Positions 8,079-16,356 of a stretch of DNA of 64,000 bases are shown here, in pieces. The stretch's first letter is position 1. Each line of letters begins with the position of its first letter. The stretch spans positions 18,171 to 82,170 of the forward strand of contig CAYWZU010000005.1 of NCBI GenBank assembly GCA_964462925.1. Direction: 5' to 3'. Origin of the DNA: an uncultured bacterium. GTDB lineage: Bacteria > Chlamydiota > Chlamydiia > Chlamydiales > FEN-1388. The notes below the pieces were generated by a model, which was not told the DNA's origin, made no database searches, and saw only the letters and a list, made by a program, of their open reading frames with translations. A program made the position numbers and the translations under genes.

Positions 8079-9428
8079 ATGTCATTTTCTCCCAATTTAG
8101 ATAAAATTGTTAATAACTTCCATTCAATTGATCCAACACAAACAAGTATAAATGAAAGTTTTGAACAAGTAGGCAAGCGTGTCTGGTGGCAAAATTTTTT
8201 AGGCAATGTTTTCCATATCATCACATGCGGACTTATTCCGAAAAATCCGATACTTGATAGGGCAACTAAAAAAATAGTTAATCTAACAAATGAATTTTTT
8301 GAAACAAATAAGCAACCATCACACGATCAACTCATAGCACTTAAGCAAACCTTTATAAAACTTGAAACCATCATCTCAAATAACCAAGGTGCAAGATTTG
8401 CCCAAGTACATGAACTTGCTGGTAAAGTAGCTACACTTCTTAACAATGAAAAACCGGAAGCTGAGCCAAACGCTCTGCCTAAAGATGACCCAAAAAATGT
8501 AGATGAATCTAAAGACCCTACCCAGCCGCAAGTAGACCCTCAACCCGAAGAGCCTAAAGAGACGTTATTTTCATTTCTATCTGCTATTAAACTACCAGAT
8601 TTTGAAAAAGAACCAAGTCAAGAAGAGATAGCGAGCATAATGAAGAGCTCAATGGAAGTTCGTCAAAAAATTATCGATCTTTTATCTGCAGGAAAGGAAG
8701 AGGAAGTAGTAGCTGCCTACAACCAAGCAGCTGCAAATGAAGGCATGTTTGAAATGCTCACGAATATTTTGCCGATTATTTTTGATGATAAAGAAGCTGC
8801 TAAAGCTCTAACAGACAAAATCATATGGCCATCTGCAGAAGCCAAGGAAGAATTTGAATCCCTAAAATGGCCCACGGCTGAAGAAAAAACACAAACACTT
8901 CAGATGCTTCAAGTGATGACGCAAGCTAATGAAAAGCCAGCAAAAGGGGCCCTTTGCACGCTCTTAGATCAACTTGAAATGCCAGGACCTGTTGCTACTC
9001 TAGAAGAACTAGCAGCCCTTACGATGCCGCTCACAACTATCATGTTTACTATGAAAAATTTGCTTGAGAGCGGAGAGCAAGAAGAAATTGCTCAAGCTTT
9101 TACTCATGTAAGTTCCGATGAAAAAAAATTTTTATCCCTTGTTAAGGTATTACCACTTGCATGCCAAGATAAGGATGTAGTCATCAACTTATTACGCAGC
9201 GTTAGCTGGCCATCAGATGAAATGAAAAAGCAGGAACTTACCTCTCTTGCACAAAATTATCCAACACAAGATGCTCTTGCATTTCACCGCAATGAGTTGA
9301 TCCAAATGACTCAACAAGGCGCTCCTAGTGCTGATGCACCAAGACCTCCAACGCCGCAAAGCGACCAAGAGGAGCTTGACCTGGACGCCATCTTTAATGG
9401 CGAGATCGAAGACGAACTCCACCTTTAA
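8079..9428 (+). CDS. Hypothetical protein, WPSxExK-repeat family, paralogue 2 (with acidic/Pro-rich insert)
   Basis: 449 aa with an AAAGGA RBS. The N-terminus KRVWWQNFLGNVFHIITCGLIPKNPILDRATKKI is paralogous to the 7044 gene. Modules end in IWPSAEAK, KWPTAEEK and SWPSDEMK. Confidence 0.7.
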   Translation: MSFSPNLDKIVNNFHSIDPTQTSINESFEQVGKRVWWQNFLGNVFHIITCGLIPKNPILDRATKKIVNLTNEFFETNKQPSHDQLIALKQTFIKLETIISNNQGARFAQVHELAGKVATLLNNEKPEAEPNALPKDDPKNVDESKDPTQPQVDPQPEEPKETLFSFLSAIKLPDFEKEPSQEEIASIMKSSMEVRQKIIDLLSAGKEEEVVAAYNQAAANEGMFEMLTNILPIIFDDKEAAKALTDKIIWPSAEAKEEFESLKWPTAEEKTQTLQMLQVMTQANEKPAKGALCTLLDQLEMPGPVATLEELAALTMPLTTIMFTMKNLLESGEQEEIAQAFTHVSSDEKKFLSLVKVLPLACQDKDVVINLLRSVSWPSDEMKKQELTSLAQNYPTQDALAFHRNELIQMTQQGAPSADAPRPPTPQSDQEELDLDAIFNGEIEDELHL

Positions 9429-9452
9429 ACTAATATATCTAAAATTAGACAC

Positions 9453-9487
9453 AAAAAAGGCACCCTTAGTACAGGGTGCCTTTTTTT
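9453..9487. terminator. Bidirectional Rho-independent terminator between convergent genes
   Basis: The hairpin is AAAAAA-GGCACCCT-tagtac-AGGGTGCC-TTTTTTT, an 8-bp GC-rich stem with an A-tract on one side and a T-tract on the other. It lies between the stop at 9428 (+) and the stop at 9500 (-). Confidence 0.75.
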
Positions 9488-9491
9488 AGCC

Positions 9492-9511
9492 CTCTCTCCC
9501 TAGGGAGAGAG
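9492..9511. repeat. Perfect 20-bp palindrome CTCTCTCCCTAGGGAGAGAG overlapping the stop codon of the PTP gene
   Basis: Read directly from the sequence. The 9-bp arms surround a TA centre, 4 nt from the terminator T-tract. Confidence 0.8.
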
Positions 9512-10771
9512 ATTCTGTGAGGGGGATACTCTGCTGGCTAGTTCTTCGTAGTGTTTGCCGATGATTTCAAGTACTTGAGCAAGCTGAACAGGGTTTGGGC
9601 TGAGAAGCGGGCGAAAGCGCCTTCCTTCAAGAAGAAGGTCCACTATGCTCATTTTCATCTCGTGAAAGGCAACGCCATCTGCTGCCAAGCGCTCAAGCCG
9701 CTTTCTTCCAAGGTCGGCAAGGAAAAAAAGGCCAGACCTTCCTATTGTGGCCTTGCAGTTAAGCATGCAGACATCATCAGGATGTGCAAGCAGGCTGTCT
9801 TTTCTATCAAACAGAAGATTCAATGCATCAAGATCTGGCGCTTCTTGATGATCTGGCCAGTTTTCGTAGTGAAGGTGTGTAGTTTCATGCAGCTCACTTC
9901 CTCGTATCACCTTGATCTTTCGTTCGACGATGCGGGGAAAAAAGGAGGCTTGGTCTTTTACCTGCTTAGCTCTTGATTCATCCCGAATAACTGATGGTTC
10001 TCTGCCCTGAAAGATAACCTGCTCGCTCACCTTTTCAACAGAAAGTCCGTCGATTTCAACGCCATTCCAAAAAGGGATTATTTCTTTCGCTTCATAAGGT
10101 GAACAGAGGCTAATAAGCACTTTCACTTTATGATTCAAAATAGATTCAAGATAATGTTTAAGATGTTTTTTATCTTGAGGATGGGGAATAAGCAAAAACT
10201 TAGAGCAATCTTCTATATGAACAATGCGTGAAGGATCGTAGGTATGCTTAATGTTATCACTGAGCTTTTTACGAAGCTCATATAAATCCTTATCTTTTTG
10301 AGTAAGGCTTCTAACAACCTCTTTTGCGCATGCTGCATACTCAATATCCTTTGCTCTATTGAGAAAAGTAGAGACAGGAATTAAAAATTCTTGCAGTTCC
10401 ATAGGAAAAAGGCGCCGATATTTCAGCAACAATTCCTCTATATGAGTAGCAAGCTCTTCTGAGAGGACAATCTCCTTTTGCAGCCTTCGATAATCTGCAA
10501 AAAATTTATAGAGAAGCCTCCGTGCTTCTTTTTTATATTTTGATGTAAGGCGATCCTCTAGCTGACTGAGGTAAAATGGAATCAGGCTTTCCCGCTCTTC
10601 ATGTTTGAATAAATTCCAGGCAAACCAGCTGCTGCTTAACTTCTTGCCTCCAGAGACAGCCTCTACGAGATGCGCATGTTCAAGCACAGCCTTTTGCATC
10701 TTCACCCTCATCCCAAAGCAAAGGGAAGAGCAGCAAAGTGCACTAAGAGCTACAATTACGATTTTTGACAT
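9500..10771 (-). CDS. Secreted eukaryote-type classical protein tyrosine phosphatase (PTP) domain protein
   Basis: 423 aa with N-terminal signal-like MSKIVIVALSALCCSSLCFG. The WPD loop is HYENWPDHQEAPD (aa 301-313). The P-loop is LNCKATIGRSG, a CX5R motif with Cys339 (TGC at 9755-9757). KVLISLCSPYEAKEIIPFWNG resembles the PTP motif vivMlt..E....kc..YWP. Confidence 0.8.
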   Translation of the reverse strand: MSKIVIVALSALCCSSLCFGMRVKMQKAVLEHAHLVEAVSGGKKLSSSWFAWNLFKHEERESLIPFYLSQLEDRLTSKYKKEARRLLYKFFADYRRLQKEIVLSEELATHIEELLLKYRRLFPMELQEFLIPVSTFLNRAKDIEYAACAKEVVRSLTQKDKDLYELRKKLSDNIKHTYDPSRIVHIEDCSKFLLIPHPQDKKHLKHYLESILNHKVKVLISLCSPYEAKEIIPFWNGVEIDGLSVEKVSEQVIFQGREPSVIRDESRAKQVKDQASFFPRIVERKIKVIRGSELHETTHLHYENWPDHQEAPDLDALNLLFDRKDSLLAHPDDVCMLNCKATIGRSGLFFLADLGRKRLERLAADGVAFHEMKMSIVDLLLEGRRFRPLLSPNPVQLAQVLEIIGKHYEELASRVSPSQNLSP

Positions 10772-12576
10772 AATTTAATTAGTTTTTTAAATGAGCTAAT
10801 GATTTTATTTTTATAAGAGATGCGATCGATCATCTCTTCGACTAATTCTGACTGAAGTTTTAATAAACTGGGATTTTGGGGCTGCAAGCTTAGCGCACGT
10901 TCTACAAGCTCTTTTGCACGTGGATAATCTATTTTTTTATAATATTCCGCTAAAAAGTAGAGTGCATGGATGTTTTTGGGATCCTTCTGCAGGACCTTTT
11001 CAAAGTAATCTTTTGCCTTTTCTTCATCTTTTTGCACATTTTCTCCTCCATATCCATATGAGAGAGCGAGCTCTATTAGGGAAAAGTAGTGATTTGGATC
11101 AAGAGATAGGGCTTTTATAAAATATTCGCATGCTTTTTGATGATCGCGCGTGGCATCAGGTATTCGTTTATAGACAAAGCCAACGATAGCAAGGGCAAAA
11201 GGCTGCCTTGGATCAAGCTCAAGTGAGCGCTCTGCAAGCTCTCTTGCCCTTGAAAGATCTCCCCTCAGTCTTAGCACCTCTGCAAAGCAGCTTAATACAA
11301 AACTGCTATGAGGATCTTGCTGGTACGCTTTTTCAAAAAGCATCTGAGCCTTTACCAAATCCTGTGCAACACCTCCAGCCCCGGTGCAGTAGATCTCGCC
11401 AAGACTTGCCTGAGCATAGCCATAATTTGGAGCAATTTGAAGCGCTCTCGTTAGGAGCTCAAAGGCTCTTCGTCTATCTGCCGTAACACCATCTCCACCG
11501 ATTCGTAAAAGCTCGCCATAGATTGCAAGGGCAAATGCATAGTTTGGATCTACAGAAATCACCCGTTCTAAAATCTCTTTAGCCTTTAGCCTATTGGGTG
11601 CAAATTTCTGGTCGCCAACCATAAAAAGCTTTGCAAGAAGAGTCGCCCCATAAAGATTTGAGGGGTCAAGGGCAACTGCGCGCTGCAAAAGCCCTGCAGC
11701 TCGCTCAGTATCTCTTGCTACGACATCTGTATGGTTAAGGAGCATGTCTGCAAGCGCAATTAGTGCATATGGATTATCTTGCGATATCTTATTTGCGCTC
11801 TCTAGAAGCTCAAAGGCCTTTTGCTTTTCGCCATGTGCAAGAAGTACTTCTGCAAGATTGCACTGTACAAATGGACTTTGAGGCTCTAGCTCATATGCTG
11901 CTGTTAAGACCTTTAAAGCTCTTTTTTTGTCGCTATACTTAAGTATTGCCCCAAGTGAGCCAAGTGCAAAAGCATTAGTCGGGTCTGCGTCAACTGCGCG
12001 GCTAAGGTAGTGAAATGCTGCCTTATCATCCACTTCTACGCCAGCATCGCCTACCCTAAGAAGCTCGCCAAGCTGCGCGAGTGCAAATGAGTAATCTGGA
12101 CTTAGGCGTACAGCTTCAGAAAAAAACTCATATGCCTGCAGAGGATTTCGTGAAATGGAACTGCCGCCTGTTAAAAAAAGTGAGCCAAGGCTTGCAAGCG
12201 CATACGGATATTCGGGAGAAATTTCTACAACTTGGTGCAGAATTTCAAAGGCTCGCCCATCATTTTTTCCTATTGCTCTGCCAGGAGTTATAAGGAGGTT
12301 AGCAAAGGCAACATAGGGATAGAGATTTTCAGAAAAAGGCTCGCCGACAGGACGATTATTTACACACTCTTCCTGCATGATATGTAAAAGGTCATGAAGC
12401 GATACAAGAAGATCATTTTCTTGCCAGCCTGAAACTAGCTCAATTTCAACAAGAAATTGATCAAGGTCAGAGGCCAGGTCTTCTGAATTTTTGAGCTGCT
12501 GGGTAAAAGTGGAAAATTTCATTTTCCCCTCTACAAGCGCTTTAATGTCTCCCGCATAAAATTCATCACTTATCAT
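10756..12576 (-). CDS. Sel1-like/TPR repeat protein
   Basis: About 606 aa made of more than 10 tandem units of 36-40 aa, of the type A..LG.L...G..GV..D...AF..L.RA...DP.. . The ATG at 12576 is preferred over the TTG at 12612. Its 3' end overlaps the PTP gene start by 16 nt. Confidence 0.8.
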   Translation of the reverse strand: MISDEFYAGDIKALVEGKMKFSTFTQQLKNSEDLASDLDQFLVEIELVSGWQENDLLVSLHDLLHIMQEECVNNRPVGEPFSENLYPYVAFANLLITPGRAIGKNDGRAFEILHQVVEISPEYPYALASLGSLFLTGGSSISRNPLQAYEFFSEAVRLSPDYSFALAQLGELLRVGDAGVEVDDKAAFHYLSRAVDADPTNAFALGSLGAILKYSDKKRALKVLTAAYELEPQSPFVQCNLAEVLLAHGEKQKAFELLESANKISQDNPYALIALADMLLNHTDVVARDTERAAGLLQRAVALDPSNLYGATLLAKLFMVGDQKFAPNRLKAKEILERVISVDPNYAFALAIYGELLRIGGDGVTADRRRAFELLTRALQIAPNYGYAQASLGEIYCTGAGGVAQDLVKAQMLFEKAYQQDPHSSFVLSCFAEVLRLRGDLSRARELAERSLELDPRQPFALAIVGFVYKRIPDATRDHQKACEYFIKALSLDPNHYFSLIELALSYGYGGENVQKDEEKAKDYFEKVLQKDPKNIHALYFLAEYYKKIDYPRAKELVERALSLQPQNPSLLKLQSELVEEMIDRISYKNKIISSFKKLIKLCQKS

Positions 12577-12692
12577 GCCAACTACTATAAATCGACGCAC
12601 CCGTAAGCGCAAGAGTAAACTCGCATATAGCGTAAAATGAAAGGGTACACTATGCTAAATGCATATTCATAATAAAAGTAAGGAGATATTTG

Positions 12693-13205
12693 ATGAATTT
12701 TGGCTTTTCGATGATGATTAGAATGATGCCAGAAGCAACTGTTGTAAATTTTGTAAAAACAGCATTAGAAACTACTGAAAAACGCACAGAATTAAAAGCA
12801 AAAATACTTGCCGGCATAACAATCACCGAAGTAGCTCAGAGCGCTACTATCCTCTCATATAAAGTATCTTCTGCATATCTTTCAAAAGATCAGCATATAG
12901 AAGTTGTACATGCTGAAGAAATTACTGCCACACCTTCTGAAGAGCTAAAACCACTTATCGATAGCTCTAACGCACAAAAAGTACTTACACTAGATGAGAC
13001 AAAGGCGCTCGTTCAAGAACTCCACGCACAAGAAGCCGATCCTCTTAAGGCTCTTGCAAAAGCCACAAAAGAGCTAGCTCTTGCATTAATTGCTCAAGAA
13101 GATGAAGAGAGCTCATCTTCTAGCAATTCACAAGACTCAAAGAAGCGCTCGCCAGAGTCTTCTCGATCTTCCTCACCAGTAATAGAAAAAAGAGCTAAAA
13201 TCTAA
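12693..13205 (+). CDS. Hypothetical protein with a Ser-rich acidic C-terminus
   Basis: 170 aa. An AGGAG RBS lies 7 nt upstream of the ATG. The stop overlaps the next start (TAATG). Confidence 0.5.
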   Translation: MNFGFSMMIRMMPEATVVNFVKTALETTEKRTELKAKILAGITITEVAQSATILSYKVSSAYLSKDQHIEVVHAEEITATPSEELKPLIDSSNAQKVLTLDETKALVQELHAQEADPLKALAKATKELALALIAQEDEESSSSSNSQDSKKRSPESSRSSSPVIEKRAKI

Positions 13206-13546
13206 TGAAAAAAGATCCCATCACCTTAATGCCAGCACATATATTTTTAAAGCGCCTCACAAGGAACATCCTTATTGGGATGTTAATTACATTTGTAGCA
13301 CTTGGCATTGGAATGATGGGCTATCATAGCATTGAGGGCATGCCCTGGGTTGATGCATTTGAAAATGCTGCTATGATCCTATCAGGGATGGGACCTGTAT
13401 ATGACCTTAAAACCTCTGCCGGCAAAATCTTTGCCGGCTGCTATGCCATTTTTAGCGGAACGCTTTTTCTCGTTATTATCGCTATAGTCTTTGCCCCAGT
13501 GATTAAAAGGGCTCTCCATACATTTCACATAGACGATCCTAAGTAA
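13205..13546 (+). CDS. Small 2-TM membrane protein with a K+-channel-pore-like layout and a degenerate filter
   Basis: 113 aa with a TM1 - WVDAFENAAMILSGMGPVYDLKTSAGKIFAGCYAIFSG - TM2 arrangement. This resembles the Ion_trans_2 pore helix/filter/inner helix, but SGMG replaces TVGYG. Confidence 0.4.
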   Translation: MKKDPITLMPAHIFLKRLTRNILIGMLITFVALGIGMMGYHSIEGMPWVDAFENAAMILSGMGPVYDLKTSAGKIFAGCYAIFSGTLFLVIIAIVFAPVIKRALHTFHIDDPK

Positions 13547-13616
13547 TTCTTGTAAAAAATTGTCCTCACAAGTATTCCTGGGTACATGCGTCTAAACAAT
13601 TTATAAAGGTATATGT

Positions 13617-13847
13617 ATGAAAGCAATTTTTTCGCTCCTCATTCTCGCTGTAGCTCCTCTTGCAGCTGGCGGGACATCGCCATCAGATACAAACAAAGAT
13701 CAAAAAAATTCGCCTAACAAGCAAATTGGCATGAGCTCAGCTCGTGAAAACAGCATGGAAAATCGCGAAAATCGTTCAGGAAACCGCGGCAATTACCAGC
13801 GCGAGCAAAACCTCGACCAGCGCCAAGACAACATCGAAGAGCGCTAA
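13617..13847 (+). CDS. Small secreted low-complexity protein
   Basis: 76 aa. A signal peptide MKAIFSLLILAVAPLAAGG is followed by an N/Q/R/E-rich tail. Confidence 0.45.
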   Translation: MKAIFSLLILAVAPLAAGGTSPSDTNKDQKNSPNKQIGMSSARENSMENRENRSGNRGNYQREQNLDQRQDNIEER

Positions 13848-13856
13848 AGAACCTTT

Positions 13857-13938
13857 ACCACAGAGGCAGAGAGATCACAGAGGAGAAAGATAAGAACCTT
13901 ATTTGAGTATTCTCATTTACTCTCTCAGTCTCTCTGTG
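13857..13938 (+). repeat. Dispersed palindromic GA/TC-rich intergenic element, copy B
   Basis: The sequence is ACCACAGAGGCAGAGAGATCACAGAGGAGAAAGATAAG...CTCTCTCAGTCTCTCTGTG. It starts 9 nt after the stop at 13847 and ends 9 nt before the lpdA stop, filling a convergent gap. Confidence 0.7.
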
Positions 13939-13947
13939 TTTCAAGTT

Positions 13948-15303
13948 TTAAGCGTGATAGCTCTGGCCTAGGGCGGCAAGGCAGGCTTCTTTGATTGCTT
14001 CGCTGTAGGTTGGGTGTGCAAAGGGAAGATCGCCAACTTCTTTTACTGTCATTCGCTTTGCGAGGGCTATAACGCCGATGCCTATCATTTCTGAGGCATG
14101 GCTTGTGAGGATATGCAGCCCAAGCATGCGGCCCGTTTCTTTATCTCCGAGTACTTTTACTAGGCCATCTGTTTCATCGGCAGTTCTTGCTCTTGGATTG
14201 CCCTTAAAGGCGCACTTTCCGACGATAATTGGACGCTTTAGCTCTCTTGCTTCATCTTCTGAAAGGCCCACAGTGGCAAGCTCAGGACTTGTGTAGACTA
14301 CATTTGGGATATTAAAGTATTCCACCTTGGGATGTAGCCCTGCAAGTATTTCAGCAACAGCAACGCCCTCGTAGGATGCTCTATGGGCAAGCATTGGCCC
14401 TTCAATAAGGTCGCCTATCGCATAGATACTTGGAATTGTCGTTCTAAAGTTTTTATCTACGACGATAGCGCCTCGCGGGGTTACATCGATATTGAGGTTC
14501 ATAACGCCAAGGTCTTGTGAACGTGGACGCCGTCCAATAGCCACAAGCACTACATCTGCCTGCAGCTCAATTTCCCTGCCATCCTCTTCGCGAATCTTCA
14601 GCTCGACACCAGATGCTCCGAGGTCCCTTCCTGCAAGCACTTGAACATTCATTTTAAAGTTGATTTTTTGCTTTTGAAGCAGTGTGAAAAGTTGTGCTGT
14701 AAGTGTCGAATCAATTCCCGTACAGATCTGAGGAAGCATCTCTAGCACACACACATTTGTGCCAAGGCGAGCATAGACAGATGCAAGCTCTACGCCAATT
14801 ACACCTCCACCTACAACAAGCATCGACTTTGGCACTTTTTCTAATGAAAGCGCACCGCTAGAGGACAAAATTTTCTTCTCATCAAAAGGGAGAAAAGGAA
14901 GCCCAATAGTTTCTGAGCCTGATGCAAGAATGATAGATTTTGCCTTATATAGTTGCCCTTGCGACTTAATTTCATGCGGACCTGAAACTTCAGCCCTGCC
15001 AAAGACTACATCAATATTATTTTTCTTTAACAGATCTCCGACTGCATCTGAAAGGCCAGAAACGACTTTTGTTTTCCTTTCCATCATTGCGGGAAAATCT
15101 ACGTCATTACCATGCAAAAATTTGGCAAAAAGCTCTGAAGCATGAAGGAGGGTTTTAGAAGGTATACAGCCAACATGCAGGCACGTTCCACCAAGGCCAT
15201 GCCCCTCTTCGAAAACGCAAACTTTTAGTCCAAGCTGTTTGGCACGTATTGCTGCAATATAGCCTCCAGGCCCTGCCCCAATAATCGCAACATCATATTC
15301 CAT
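13948..15303 (-). CDS. lpdA: Dihydrolipoyl dehydrogenase (E3)
   Basis: 451 aa. It has the FAD motif IIGAGPGGY, the redox-active disulfide GGTCLHVGCIPSK, an NAD GxGxxG motif (VVGGGVIGVE) and a C-terminal HAHPTYSEA interface motif. Confidence 0.95.
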   Translation of the reverse strand: MEYDVAIIGAGPGGYIAAIRAKQLGLKVCVFEEGHGLGGTCLHVGCIPSKTLLHASELFAKFLHGNDVDFPAMMERKTKVVSGLSDAVGDLLKKNNIDVVFGRAEVSGPHEIKSQGQLYKAKSIILASGSETIGLPFLPFDEKKILSSSGALSLEKVPKSMLVVGGGVIGVELASVYARLGTNVCVLEMLPQICTGIDSTLTAQLFTLLQKQKINFKMNVQVLAGRDLGASGVELKIREEDGREIELQADVVLVAIGRRPRSQDLGVMNLNIDVTPRGAIVVDKNFRTTIPSIYAIGDLIEGPMLAHRASYEGVAVAEILAGLHPKVEYFNIPNVVYTSPELATVGLSEDEARELKRPIIVGKCAFKGNPRARTADETDGLVKVLGDKETGRMLGLHILTSHASEMIGIGVIALAKRMTVKEVGDLPFAHPTYSEAIKEACLAALGQSYHA

Positions 15304-16356
15304 CTATATTCCAAGCTCCAAACGATGAGGATCTTCTATCATGTTCTTAATATGCACTAAAAAGGATACTGCCTGCTTGCCATCTAGCACTTGGTGGTCA
15401 TAACTTAGCGCAAGATACATCATCGGCCGTATTACTATTTGATCATCAACAACCACTGCGCGCTTTGTAATTTTGTGCATGCCTAAAATTGCACACTGTG
15501 GAGGATTTAAGATGGGAGTAGAAAATAGCGAGCCAAAAAGCCCTCCATTTGTGATAGTAAAGCCCCCGCCCTTCAATTCATCAACTGTAAGAGATCCCTC
15601 TTTTGCACGCCTTGTAAAGCCATCTATAGCTTCTTCAATTTGGCTGAAGGAGAGCTGATCTGCATCTTTAATCACGGGAACAATAAGGCCCTTTTCTGTT
15701 GAGACAGCAACAGAAATATCGATTTTCGAGCGAAATACCTGCATGTCCCTATCGATGTAGCTATTTACCTCGGGGTAAGCTTTTAGAGCAGAAGCGCAAG
15801 CCTTTACAAAGAAAGACATAAATCCGAGTTTTGTTTTGTATTTAGCAAGAAAGGCTTCTTTATACTGCTCTTTAAGCTTTATAACTTCCTTCATATCCAC
15901 TTCGTTGAAGGTTGTGAGCATGGCTGTCGTCTGCGACACATCAAGAAGTCTTTTTGCCATAGCCTTTTTAAGGCTAGAAAGGGGTTTTTTAATATCTTTT
16001 GGAGCCTCTTTTTTTACCTCTGGCTCTTTTTCCTCAAGCTCGCTCAGCCATTCTCTCTTCTTTTCACTCACATGAGAGGGTAGCTGCTTAGGCTCTTGTC
16101 TTTCAGGCGGCTTTTCGCTCTTTTTCACATCGATAGAGCCTATCACATCTCCCACTTGCACCTTATCACCCTGCTTTACGATAAATGTGATAGTTCCTTC
16201 ATCTGGCGCATAGAGCACCTGGTTAAGCTTATCTGTCTCAATCTCTATCACCTCTTCATCTTGTACAACTTGGGTGCCAGTAGGTTTTAGAATTGACCCA
16301 ATAGTAACCTCAGATATTGACTCGCCTAGAGGGGGAATTTTTATCTCTTTTTTCAT
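15304..16356 (-). CDS. sucB: Dihydrolipoamide succinyltransferase (E2o)
   Basis: 350 aa. It has a lipoyl domain with IEIETDKL, a Pro/Glu/Lys linker and a catalytic domain with SYDHQVLDG (the DHRxxDG type). The gene abuts lpdA. Confidence 0.9.
   Translation of the reverse strand: MKKEIKIPPLGESISEVTIGSILKPTGTQVVQDEEVIEIETDKLNQVLYAPDEGTITFIVKQGDKVQVGDVIGSIDVKKSEKPPERQEPKQLPSHVSEKKREWLSELEEKEPEVKKEAPKDIKKPLSSLKKAMAKRLLDVSQTTAMLTTFNEVDMKEVIKLKEQYKEAFLAKYKTKLGFMSFFVKACASALKAYPEVNSYIDRDMQVFRSKIDISVAVSTEKGLIVPVIKDADQLSFSQIEEAIDGFTRRAKEGSLTVDELKGGGFTITNGGLFGSLFSTPILNPPQCAILGMHKITKRAVVVDDQIVIRPMMYLALSYDHQVLDGKQAVSFLVHIKNMIEDPHRLELGI

Noticed and set aside
9551-9976. A 141-aa + strand ORF inside the PTP gene.
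   Set aside because: It is antisense to a gene with clear WPD/CX5R motifs and has no features of its own.
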